Below are positions 42,857 through 55,453 of a DNA stretch of 64,000 nucleotides, piece by piece. The notes below the pieces were generated by a model. That model was not told where the DNA came from and did no database searches. It was given only the letters and a program-made list of their open reading frames with translations. The stretch lies in the NCBI RefSeq assembly GCF_006345805.1, contig NC_043002.1, positions 44,764,001-44,828,000 on the forward strand, in the 5' to 3' direction. Source of the stretch: Octopus sinensis (lineage: Eukaryota). Within the stretch, counting starts at the first letter, position 1; the number at the start of each line of letters is the position of its first letter. Both the position numbers and the translations under genes were made by a program.

Positions 42857-44588
42857 TTGTTGTTGTTGTTGTTGTTCTTCTTCTTCTCCTTCTTCTTCTT
42901 CTTATTATTATTATAATTATTATTATTATTATTATTATTATTATTTTCACTATCCTTAATTCTATTTCTATTAGGTCCTTTAAAATCATAACTGTCATGA
43001 GTAACTTCTATGTTATTAGAGTTACCGTGATCGATATTTTGCACATAATACTTTAACTGTTGATTATACCCAGCTTTGTTGAGTGCCATATTATAACAGT
43101 CAGCGTTTTTTTTTTATCAAATATCTTTGTTAGATGGTAAACTAAGAATATTTTTACAGAACTGGGATGATTATTTCCAATATTTATATATTTAAGATTA
43201 AAGTTAGGCTTGTAGTAAGGTTCATAGTTGACCGTAATGAGGTTTAGGTTAACATATAGGAAGTTAACAGACTTATGTTCAATTTCAATTGTTATGGGGA
43301 GCCCAAAAGTCTTTAAAAACCTATAAAATCTCTTCTTGTACAGTTCTAATTTTCTACTAGACAAATTTCTAATGATGAAAAAGACATCATCCCTATATAA
43401 ACTTCCCGCAAGTTCAGGAAAATCTCTCCCCAAGATAAATAAAATATAAATACCTACTAAATCAGTAACATGGGCAGAATCTGCGGAACCCATAGCAATA
43501 TCAAAGGCGTCACAACTATCTTCCTTAATGCAATATTGGTTTCCAAACTCTATAACTGTTCTTCTAGCTGCTAAAATGAAGTTAATTTCTTCCATGTTTA
43601 GATTCGAGTTGTTTCTCGTGAACAGAAAGGCCTTTTTAAAACTATCTGATTATCGAAGAGAAATAACTATCAATATATATTTGTATAAATCTGTTTCTAC
43701 TTTTATATTTAATGCTGTTAAATCAACTTCTTTGTGGGTATTATATCAAAGTTGTAACCTTATCTTTTCCTTAAGGACCAGCATGCACTTATCTAAAATA
43801 TAATTACTTTTCCTAAGTCCGATTGTCTTGGGCAACACAATCTTACTTTAAGGTTTCTATAGAAGTTGTCCTTATGGTCCTTTTAAATAAGCCTAGGTAT
43901 TTTAGGAAGAAAAGGTTCAGTTCTATCATACAGTTTGTAATTCTCCATTATCTGTTTTAATATTGAATTAGTAGTTCTTGATATATTTTTTAGTTAGTTT
44001 GTAACTGTTTGCAGTTTCTTCTTTTAATACTTCATGGTAGTAATTTATTTCCAGGTTATACAAGTTGCCAGACTTGTCTGAATGTACGATTATCCCATTT
44101 TTAATTTTCAGTTTCGATACGATATAGTTAAGCTTCTTCATACAATATATTTAAGACTCCTACCATAAGTAATAGTGTACTTTAAGAATAATGTCTTTTT
44201 AGATTTTAGTTTCAAGTAATCCTATCAAAATAGCGTTTAAACAAATAGATAGTTTGTTTTTGTTTTTTAACACATTACCCACGCACGCGCACGATGTATT
44301 AAACAAGTTTACATTTACCTATACACAAGTAATGTTTTTTTTAAATAGATTGGTTGTTGAAATGCTCATATATGAGTCTATCAAGGGGGGAAACAACACA
44401 ACGGAAGGTAGTTCCCCTCTATCAAATTCTTCTCCTGGTGAAATATCCAATTAACGATATTCCATATGGACAGTTTAATTTAATTTAATTTAATCCAATT
44501 TCTCAAATTAATTCAATTGGTCGTGTAAACTGCAGTAGGTGAAATTGAGTTTGATATTGTTCAGTATTGTATTACGTTCAACTAAATT
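40741..44588 (-). mobile_element. Decayed Penelope-like element (YRDD-type RT + GIY-YIG) flanked by ~325-bp inverted repeats
   Basis: ORF 43053-43595 has AMGS and LYRDD, then KP...NNHP; 41997-42209 has the endonuclease region (FSKFIWDLK); 40741-41066 is inversely similar to 44265-44588. Confidence 0.85.
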
Positions 44589-44685
44589 AATGTTTATATG
44601 CCAGTTTCTGTTTTCTCTTTTCCTTACACACACACACACACACACATGCACACATACACATACACACATACACATATTCTTTTAC

Positions 44686-45078
44686 GTTTTTACTTACTCT
44701 TTTACTTGTTTCAGCCATTTGACTGTGGCCATGCTGGAGCATTGCCTTTAGTCGAACAAATCGACCCCAGGACTTATTCTTTGTAAGCCTAGTACTTATT
44801 CTATCGCTCTCTTTTGCCGAACCGCTAAGTTACGGGGACGTAATCACACCAGCATCGGTTGTCAAGCAATGTTGGGGGAGATAAATACAGACACACAAAC
44901 ATATACACACACATATACATATATATATACATATATACGACGGGCTTCTTTCAGTTTCCGTCTACCAAATCCACTCACAAGGCTTTGGTCGGCCCGAGGC
45001 TATAGTAGAAGACACTTGCCCAAGGTGCCACGCAGTGGGACTGAACCCGGAACCACCTGGTTCTTAAGCAAGCTACTT
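44686..45078 (-). mobile_element. Family B SINE split by an insertion; its 5' head continues at 46864-46897
   Basis: The SINE sequence stops at ...AAGCAAGCTACTT and resumes at CAAGCTACTTACCACACAGCCAC. Confidence 0.85.
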
Positions 45079-46863
45079 TATTTCATAAATTTGTCATATA
45101 GACAGTACAAAGAGCTTTGCGGGCTGGACAAATACATTAATGAATGAAAATGAAATATAATGAATAAATGAGAGACGAAACCCAACACCCGCCGATTGAA
45201 TTTTTCTCGAAAATATATTTTCTTTTTTTTTTTTAAATCAATATGAGGTTTCAAACCTCTTACAAGGTGAAGGCACTAAAACCTCTTACTTAACATGTTT
45301 TCTTTTTTTTCTTTCTTAAAGCACAAAATTGAGGTTATAAACCACTACAAAATAATCCAATAAGATGAGGTTTCAAACCCGGTAACGAGGGTCTTTATAT
45401 CTCCTACTCTTCGATATATCCATCGATATATTCATCATTATCTTCAATGCCGCTTGAGTTCCTGTATCGCGCCATTTCCCATGCCTCACTTATGTAGGAC
45501 ATGTAAGTCGTGTAAGGGCCACCCGGCCATATGCGACACTCCTCCCCAAATCCTTTAAGCCTTTCCCACAAGGGAAAACGTATGACCTCCACAGCTATCT
45601 GCGGAGGCCATTCGGGATCCCGTGTGAAGGGCATATCTACTGTTTCTTTATGTTCTTCTACTATTTTTTCCACCTCCCCGCCCTTGTAGAAAAAGATAAT
45701 TGATCATCTTTAAGGGTGGGGTGGCACAACTTCGGGACATGCAGTCGGCACATCATCTCCCCGCTGAGATGACCCGTTCTTCTTCCTTCTGTTTTTCTTT
45801 TCTTCCTGACTTCGGGAGAGTGGAGCTCTTCCGCTTTGTCCGGAGACTCTCCTCCGCCTTCCAAAGCCTTAGGTTCCTTCGGCGGGCAACTATTGTTGCC
45901 TGCCTTCTTCCTTTTTAATCCTTTTTGAGTTGAGGAGGCTGAAGCCTCCTAGACCACATCCACCTCTCCCTTTGACCGGGTAGGGGAGGTGGCATCTAGT
46001 GACTGTTCCAGGACCTTACCATGGTCCTGAGGGCAGTTCCTTTTAATGTGGCCTGGCTACAGGCACGAGTGACACTTTGGGGGACGTCCCTCAAGTATCA
46101 CCGGATACCTGCAGCCAGCCATTTTCAAGAAGTCTGGAAAAACCAGTTCTGTTGCGGCCGATGGGGTCCACAGGGTCAAAATTGCTTTTGACCCTTCCCA
46201 ATCGACCGCCGGCAATACTCTTACATTTAAGAGACTGGGCCCGCCATTCCCCAGTCCCCGTCGGATGGTATCTTCAATCCAATCCGCTTCGGTGCCCGGG
46301 GTGAGCCCACATACCCAGGCTCATATTAATTTTCTTCCACAATATTACGGGAGAAACAGAATTTCCTTGCCTTCTAAAGGGTGACTCGCAAACTGGCGTG
46401 CCTTTTCCCCGTTGTCAAACAGCAACCATACGGAATAATTAAACCGAATAAAAATAAAACAAAATAAAAGAGGAGGGGAGGAAACTGAAATTAAAGTAAT
46501 GAAAAGAATGAACCAAAATTTAGAAAGAAAGAAAATTAGAAGAAGGGAAAAGTTAAAGAAAAACCTCACAAATAGCACAGATGGGGAATCTTTTGTATGG
46601 TACTCCAAAAAGGTGATCCAAAAGGTAATCCAAATGGCTTATTCTTATTTTTCTGGTGAGATACACCCACTAGAATTCACAAGAAGAATTTTCAAAAAAA
46701 TTCTCAATTCACCGTTACGGTGATGAGAACCCAGTATTTTGCTCTCTATAGCGAGCCATAATTGACAATTTTTCTTTTTGTTCTTTTTTTCTATTCGCGG
46801 AGCCGAAACTCACATCTGCTCACTGTAACAGTCCAGACCAACTAGTGTTGCATTCTGGGTAAA
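45079..46863 (-). mobile_element. Non-autonomous Tx1/L1-like retroelement carrying only a disabled ORF1 with a CCHC zinc knuckle
   Basis: CHSCL*PGHIKRNC at 46074-46033; no RT/EN ORF; 3' end ...TTTATGAAATAAA; CAAGCTACTT duplicated at 45069-45078 and 46864-46873. Confidence 0.7.
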
Positions 46864-46893
46864 CAAGCTACTTACCACACAGCCACTCATACG

Positions 46894-46976
<83 letters not shown>

Positions 46977-47124
46977 ATTCTTGTATTTGTTTCCGTCATT
47001 TGACCCCTTGAAGGGGTTTAGTCAAATTGACAGGTGGATTTATAAGCCTATTACTTATTCTATCGGTCAATTTCTTAGAGCTGCTAGGTTACGGGGACGT
47101 AAAGACGCGCACACGTAAAGGCGT

Positions 47125-47561
47125 TGCGCTGGAAGAATGGTTACCACGACTGACAACATGCTTAAAAGCATTTCATCCGTCTTTAACTTAAGAATTAAAA
47201 TTTAGCCGAGGTCGACTTTGCCTTTAACCAGTTCGGAGTCGGTAAAATAAATACCAGTTGAGAACTGGGGTCGATGTAATCGACTTACACCCAACACCGA
47301 AATTTTTGGCCTTGCGCCAAAATTCGAACCAATACATACATACATACGTGCATACATACATATATATTTTTATTTCATCCTTTTCTTTTACTTGTTTCAG
47401 TCATTTGACTGCTGCCATGATGGAGCACTGCCTTTAGTCGAAAAAAATCTACCATAGGACTTATTCTTTGGAAGCCTAGTACCTATCGCTAAGTTACGGG
47501 GACGTAAACACACTAACATCTGTTGTCAAGCGATGGTAGAGAGACAAACACAGACACACAA

Positions 47562-47600
<39 letters not shown>

Positions 47601-47775
47601 CATATATACGACGGGCTTCTTTCAGTTTCCGTCCACCAAATCCACTCAGAAGGCTTTTGTCAGCACGAGGCTATAGCAGATGTCAGTAAACAAAGGTGCC
47701 ATACAGTGGGACTGAACCTGGAAACTTGTGGTTGGGAAGCAAGAATCTTACTACACAGACACACCTGTGCCTATT
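47125..47775. mobile_element. Family A SINE (+, ~47125-47335) and family B SINE (-, 47375-47775)
   Basis: Diagnostic cores as in the other copies. Confidence 0.8.
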
Positions 47776-47831
<56 letters not shown>

Positions 47832-47991
47832 CATACATATATATATGTATGTATATATAAATGTATATATATATGTGTGTGTGTATCTGTGTGTGAGTGA
47901 GTGTAAGTGCGAGTATGTGTGAATGTGTATTTACGTATGGACATACATGTGCATATATATACATATACACATATATATATATATGTATGTA

Positions 47992-48038
<47 letters not shown>

Positions 48039-48061
48039 ATATATATATATATATATATACA

Positions 48062-48097
<36 letters not shown>

Positions 48098-48610
48098 TAT
48101 TTACATGCATATATATATATGAATATCTCCAAGTACGCATAGTCTTGCTTGTCTGAATATGCATGTGAGCGTATGATTACAAAGTCGTAGAGTAATGAAC
48201 ACCTTTAAAATCACACAAACACTATTATAATCATCTACAGCGCATTTTACTGTTCTTTATTAGTAATAATATACATTGCTATATTAAATAATTATAACTC
48301 ATTGTTATATTATATCAAATACATGTGTGTTTTTTCTGACAAACAATAATTGCCATGTAAACATGAATGCAATGGTGAATATGTACTTTTCAGTGTTTAC
48401 AATTATTATACAGAGACGAAATTGTTTAATTAATGATTTGGCGAACACATACAATATAAGAATAATTATGTTATGCACTTAGACTCAGCTACATGCGCAT
48501 TGTTACTCAAATATTTATTATACATATTACGTCTGCCCAATATATATATATATATATAAATATATATATATATACATATATATATATATGCATACATATA
48601 TACATATATG

Positions 48611-48643
<33 letters not shown>

Positions 48644-48945
48644 TTATACACATACATGCTTATATAGTTGATAAAGGAAATGAAAGCTTGAAATACTGGC
48701 CAAAAAGTAAGGCTCCACCGTCTTGCTGATTAGCCACGTGACCCAAGACATTTTCCTTTTTAATTTATCTGGGGTCGCTGGTGTCGATATCACTTCTAAA
48801 AATATCATGTGACCCGCCATTGCCACTGGCAGCCGAGTTTCCGGTAGCTATCATGGACTTCGTGTATTCTTCCATTCAGGTAACTGAGCTAAGTTTCTGT
48901 AAGCCTACGAAGCTATATGTCACTGAGGTCAAATCAAGCACTTTA

Positions 48946-48948
<3 letters not shown>

Positions 48949-49019
<71 letters not shown>

Positions 49020-49279
49020 GCAACAACAACAGCAACAACAACAGCAACAACAACAGCAACAACAACAGCAACAACAACAGCAACAACAACAGCAACAACA
49101 ACAGCAACAACAACAGCAACAACAACAGCAACAACAACAGCAACAACAACAGCAACAACAACAGCAACAACAACAGCAACAACAACAGCAACAACAACAA
49201 CAACAACAACAACAAGAACAACAACAAGAACAACAACAAGAACAACAACAAGAACAACAACAAGAACAACAACAAGAAC

Positions 49280-49372
<93 letters not shown>
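48949..49372. repeat. Compound (AAT)n/(AAC)n microsatellite with 12-bp higher-order units
   Basis: (AAT)n-(AAC)n-(AACAACAACAGC)n-(AAC)n-(AACAACAACAAG)n-(AAT)n. Confidence 0.95.
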
Positions 49373-49920
49373 CATCAGTACCAGGCAATGGCTTTCATGG
49401 CTTCTGATCTTAACTGATTGGAAGTGTTATCATGTACATTGTTTTGTCTTGGTATAAAAGATGGGCTACAGCAAATATTCTGCTCAATACCACAGATTTA
49501 CTTGTCAGTTGTTTGACCTTAACCAGTTGAGCATGTCCCTTAGTGGCTGACGATATGTGCATCTCTGATCATGAGCAGAAGTAGTGGGGGAGCATCATAG
49601 CCATGTGTTGAGAGGGATTCTTTGTGGTTTGAATAATTCACCTCTGGAAACATGGGTGGTTCTTTCAACATCCTTAAACAACCCTTATTCAGGGACCGTT
49701 TCAGCGGGATGGGCTACTCAACCTGAAAAAAATTCTAACTGGGCCCCACCTGCAAGGTCATGTGCTGTTTATCTTGATATGAGATCACCATGTCACGCAC
49801 ATATGGTTGTGATGCATGTGCTTGGTGTACCTTTATCAGACGGGTAGTCATGATGGGTATATTGGGCTTCGTATATTTTACCCCAGTGTCACTTTGATGG
49901 CATGAACTGCTCTCTCACTC

Positions 49921-49960
<40 letters not shown>
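49372..49960 (+). mobile_element. Probable non-coding interspersed retro-repeat with an (AAT)n tail
   Basis: Higher-GC block ending CTCTCTCACTC(AAT)n; only one copy in this window, so family status is inferred. Confidence 0.4.
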
Positions 49961-50215
49961 GATATTGAAAAAATGGGGCATCTCAAGGCGACTACAGTAC
50001 CAGTGATTGTAGGATCTCTAGGAATGATAAAAAAAATGGTACTGAAACCTATTTGAAAATGATACCAGGCATTACCATTCCTACAGGAAGTGCAAAAAAT
50101 CGAGTTAACTGGAACGGCTCATGTACTGAGAAGAGCATTATCGCTGTGAAAACAACATCCATTCATGAATTTATCTATTCATTAATTTTTTAAATACATA
50201 TTTTACCTGTGAATT
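49961..50215 (+). mobile_element. 3' end of an R4/Dong-like LINE (RLE C-terminus)
   Basis: DIEKMGHLKATTVPVIVGSLGMIKK / PFLQEVQK...TGTAHVLRRALSL*. Confidence 0.75.
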
Positions 50216-50306
50216 TGCGTGTGTAATCTTGGAATGCATACAGTGAGTTTCTCTGCCCTAGGTGTACGGAAAACTTTCGGTGAGAAAATTTGAAGAAAGA
50301 AGGAAA

Positions 50307-50351
<45 letters not shown>

Positions 50352-50354
<3 letters not shown>

Positions 50355-50567
50355 CCTTTCTATTTTAGGCACAATGTCTGAAATTTGGGGAAGGGGCTAG
50401 TCGATTACAGTAACTCCAGAATTTCACTGGTACTTAATTTATCAACCTCGAAAGAATGAAAGGCAAAGCTGACCTCGGCGAGATTGGAACTCAGAACGTA
50501 GCGACAGACGAAATACCGCTAAGTATTTCGCCCGGCGTGCTAATGACTTTGCCAGCTCGTCGGCTTA
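50352..50567 (-). mobile_element. Family A SINE
   Basis: Complete head-core-tail consensus on the minus strand. Confidence 0.85.
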
Positions 50568-50608
50568 ATGATGATAATAATAAGCAGTGGCTCTCATAAC
50601 TCCTGGTC

Positions 50609-51303
50609 TACCGCGCAAGAGCAGCTTTTTGTCGGCAGTAAATATAAATGCCGGCATTTCAATTCAAAAATTATCCAGAAAAAAAATATCAATAATTAAT
50701 AATATCAAGGGTACTAAGAAATATTAGAAATTTCTACTACAAGTGGCCTAGCGTGTAAAAATTTAGTGCATAGACTATATATTATTCATATAAATACGGT
50801 GTACATTTAAACACATAAGAGGCATCCATCATAGGACTCCTTACACGCTAGAAAGAACAGTTAAATTCGAAACCAATATTAGGGATAAAACTTCGAAGGA
50901 ATGAAAAATAAAAACATTTACCATCTAACTCCTGGACCAATGGTTTCAGACTTTTTTTACAAATAAAATAATTTGCTAGGCGAAGTCTTCTTCAGCATGT
51001 ACACCTTAGATTAAACATATATACACGAAGCAATCCAGTATATGTCCCGTGCTTATACATTCCAATTTTCCAAATATACCGCGCAAGCGCAGCTCCTTGT
51101 CGGCAGTAAATAAAAATACCGGTTTTTCAATTCGGAAATTATCTAGAAAAAATTATCAATAAACAATAATATCAAGGGTAATAAGAAATATTAGCAATTT
51201 CTACTACCAGTGGCCTGGCGTGTAAAAATTTAGTCAATACATTATTCATATAAATACAGTGTACAGTTAAACACATAAGAGGCATCCATCATAGACTCCT
51301 TGT
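50609..51303. repeat. Two ~230-bp direct repeats (50609-50845, 51078-51303) in a PLE pLTR-like arrangement
   Basis: TACCGCGCAAG...TTGTCGGCAGTAAAT...GGCATCCATCATAG shared. Confidence 0.85.
50931..51000 (-). ncRNA. Type I hammerhead ribozyme motif with an intact catalytic core
   Basis: Minus strand: ACATG-CTGAAGA-AGACTT(loop)AAGTCT-GAAA-CC(ATT)GG-TC-CAGG; stems II and III perfect, stem I partly paired. Confidence 0.65.
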
Positions 51304-51399
51304 ACTATATATATATATAAATCCGGCTGTATTGCAGTTTTTATGTCATATATATTTATATGTACGTATTTAGCTGTGTGTGTGTATGCATACACACAA

Positions 51400-53428
51400 G
51401 CTTCCAAATTTGATAAGAAAAGTAATATTTCCGTACCATGCTGCTATCTTATGTTAGTTGTAAACATATCCCCATTGCTGTTAGATTATAGTTACATATT
51501 TATTCCCATATTTGACACTGATTTATCTTTTCATTGAAGCAAAATTATAGATTTTCCACCTGAGATTAATTTCCTTGAAATACAGAAGAAATTATCTACT
51601 ACACTTAACAATAGGTGGCCAAGTAATCGTACTTGGATAATATTCTTATTTCTTAGGAACCATAGCTGACATGATCTGTAGGAGCACTTGGCTTTTTACG
51701 TCGCAGTAAATATCTGAATTCAAATATTGCCGAGGATTACGTTTGTTTTCCTTCTTTCTGCAGTTGATAAAATAAGTATTAATCAAATATTTGGAAGGGA
51801 GTGTTCCACTCCGCTACATATAAATGCCACGGCACCAAAGTGCTAACATTCTGACCACATACCTTCAATGCCCATAGACAGATAATTATTCGCAAAAATA
51901 TAACAAATTCATCAAATTTATTTACAAAAGGATTTAGACAAATCGTATTAAAATATGTTTGTAAACAATTCTATCGTACATCGGTTTTCAATTTAATCAA
52001 CTTCGGGGTGTATTCTCATCAATATCTATTTTAAAAATTTAGAGTGAATGCTGACAAACAAAATAATACAACTTTATACATTTTGCTCCAAACTTACCAT
52101 GTCTTTACTTGGAAAAGACCTTGAGCATTCTACAAAACTTACCCTAAAGCTATAGGTACATTACAAACCAACATAGTGTGTGTGAACAAGTAAAATTATC
52201 TGCAAATCAACATTCCACCGAAAGAATATATTGAAAAATGTAGTCTGAAAAACATTGACTGTACCTAGAATCCATTTGATCACATCTCTCTTTCATTGGA
52301 GCTGACCAGAGGCTAAACTACAACTAAAACATGTAAAGTTTTTAAATTTACAAAACTGAAATAGTTCATTTAGACAGCATCTTTACATAATTAATTTCAA
52401 AAATTAAAATAATTTGGAATTCATGCCGATAGTGAATATTAATAACTTGTTAAGATACAGAAAAGTATGAAGAAGAAATGCAGAATGTTCACATTCTGCA
52501 TTCTTCATCAGTGGGGATTTCAGAATGGTCTTGAAATAACAGTTTTCCTGAATTCTTAATGAATACACCGTATAACATATTATAAAAATGCGAAGATGGT
52601 GGATGAAGTCTCTACATTTTTGACGTCGACGTAAACTTCGATCGTTTTGTCTTTGTCTTTTACTGACGCGAAGTCTTAAAGTAGTGTTTGTTTGTACTAG
52701 CTGCTTACAATGATGTCTATAAATTTACCTCAAGACATAACTATTCAACTGTTTATTGATTTGATGCTGAAAGGAAATAAAGAAAAATATCAAATATTTT
52801 TTTATTTTATTTTCATCATTCATAATCAGCGGTATTCATCAATGAATAAATGAATTAATGAACAGTTCTATTGATTTCAAGGTGGATAGAATCCATGGGG
52901 AAATTTAGGAATATACAAAAAACGGAATAGCTACAAATGACAATAAAATCAGAGTTATAAACTCGGTTCATAGAGAATTTATCTCTGTTCTGTTTTATTT
53001 CTATCAAACCAAAGTAGAAATTAATTTTTGTCAGCATCGTATATCCAAATATAGCTTCATCAATAGTGTTTGCAGATAGGAATTAAATTATTGAGATAAA
53101 GAAAAAACAAGCATAACCTAACTAGAAAAAAGAACAGAACAATAAACACAGCAAAAACAAAAGAGCATTAGTATCAACAACCTGTAAAAATAGCGAAATT
53201 AAAATTGATCCAACATAGTCCAACTAACCAGTAGAATCATTCACAGAAATTAAACAATGATAGAATAGAAGTAGCCGTAAAAGACATCCAAACGGGGTCG
53301 AATTTTATAGTTACTGCCAGTGAAATAACTAGATCCTATAATGCACGCACATGCGTATACAAAATACAAACTTGTACATGCACATGCATACATACATGCA
53401 TACACATACACACTCATGACTCATACAC

Positions 53429-53485
<57 letters not shown>

Positions 53486-55170
53486 TGAGGGTGAGAAATT
53501 AGATATTATTTTAATTAACATCGATTTCACACCAGTGGTCTAGCATATAAAAAACCTGAAGGTTCAGTAAAATTCTATTATATACATATTAGATGGAAAC
53601 CACTATGTGGACACCCTTATGCTAGAAATAGATCCGCTATGGTATTACCACTAAGAAATATTCTCAAGAAAAATTTAGCAAAACAACCAAACTGTAATCG
53701 AGCAAGACAAAAGAAGAAGCAATAAAATATGGATTATTTACATACCTGTTTCACTATTAACATATTACGTAATTTTACTTACATAGATTTCCGTAGATCA
53801 TCGGGGCGACCGTCCAGAGGAATATAATTTGCAGGACTGCATACTAGGACATCCGCACAAAGTCAGACTTGTAAACAATTCTACCCATTACACTCGTGGT
53901 TACTATTTCAAATGTCCTCGTTTTGGCGCGCTAAATTACCGGGAGAACTGATGCTGCATATAATACCTTACTGCAGTGGCTTTTGCCGGTTATTAATTTA
54001 AATTTAAATTTAAAATGAGGGTGAGAAATTAGATATTTATTTAATTAACATCGATTTCACACCAGTGGTCTAGCATATAAAAAAACTGAAGGTTCAGTAA
54101 ATTCAACTTACGTTGAAAGTCAACTAAGTTTGCTTTAGAAGCGTTGAGATATATTGAAAGATACAGATAAGGAAATAATTTTATTCTCTAACGCAGGATA
54201 ATGCTAATAACATAGCATGGACAGGATAAACTAACCATGTCTTGCAGAAAAATCAGTCGGCAGCCAGGTATATATATATCTATTTGATTATGTGTGTGTG
54301 TGTAAAACAGTGTACACATCCATATATGCATGTATGTTTTATCCCCTTGCTGATCTATTTTTATTACTCTTGATGTCTACTTCAAAGAACCCCCTGTCAA
54401 AATTATCAGAAACAACGTTAATTTTTATTTACAACTCCGAGTTTCATTCTATCACCCTTTATGAGGCCAAATGACATCGTAATTTCCACTCCTTCTCCTC
54501 CCTTTTTTCTCTCACCACTTACCTCCTTCAGCTTTCCCTTACTCCCTTCCTTTATTCAACCCCCTATACCGAGTTCATTAATATAAACTTAGTAACAACT
54601 TAAAGTACTCACTCTACTACCGACATTAGGTTCGTTGAGTTGTCTGACACTATGTTCTCTTTTGTGAGATTCTCTAAATGTTAAGTTTTATATTTATTCA
54701 CCAGAAGAAAACAATCTTTTTTTATTATTATTTTATTTTACATGCTGTAACGCATATTACTCAATATAGATCAAGCCTGAAGCAGTTGTAGTGAACCGTA
54801 ACTCATCTGTATTATTATTTACTCTTCACCTAACTCCGAACCTTCTATATGTTTGGATCTGGAGTCTATAGTTGTCCGTGCAATATGTGCAGTAAATGTA
54901 ACCCTATGTAATACGTTTGATGGAACATTGTGTATTCAGTCAGTAATTTTGAAGGATAAATTCGTATTTACTTTAATAAGTACCTAGTACATATCTGTCA
55001 GTACGCATTGTCGGTGCAATGGTGCTCTATGCACGACTCTGTCTTGGTGCTTTTATTATTCAAATATTTGATTATTCCCATATTTAACACTGTTTTATCG
55101 CTCCATTGAAGCAAAATTATAGATTTTCTACCGGAGATGAATTTACTATTTAAATATCTGATGCCTTTGG
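51400..55170 (-). pseudogene. Remnants of a repeated-domain (FN3-like?) multi-exon gene
   Basis: Duplicated segments 51500-51590 and 55073-55160 translate as KLISGGKSIILLQ*KDKSVSNMGIN and KFISGRKSIILLQWSDKTVLNMGIIKY; RIVYK recurs at ~51970 and ~53880; AG/GT-bounded 38-nt exon at 52729-52766. Confidence 0.3.
53477..54105. repeat. Near-identical ~95-bp direct repeats (53477-53575, 54012-54105)
   Basis: TAAAATGAGGGTGAGAAATTAGATAT...CACCAGTGGTCTAGCATATAAAAAA..CTGAAGGTTCAGTAAA occurs twice. Confidence 0.9.
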
Positions 55171-55181
55171 ATTATGTAGTG

Positions 55182-55370
<189 letters not shown>

Positions 55371-55379
55371 ATATATATA

Positions 55380-55453
<74 letters not shown>

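Noticed and set aside
48660-48950. Higher-complexity block with partly open frames
   Set aside because: No motif, convincing splice pair or second copy; left unassigned.
52468-52509. 12-bp hairpin preceded by CTGATGA on the minus strand
   Set aside because: The hairpin is real, but there is no GAAA/UH, so it is not a hammerhead.
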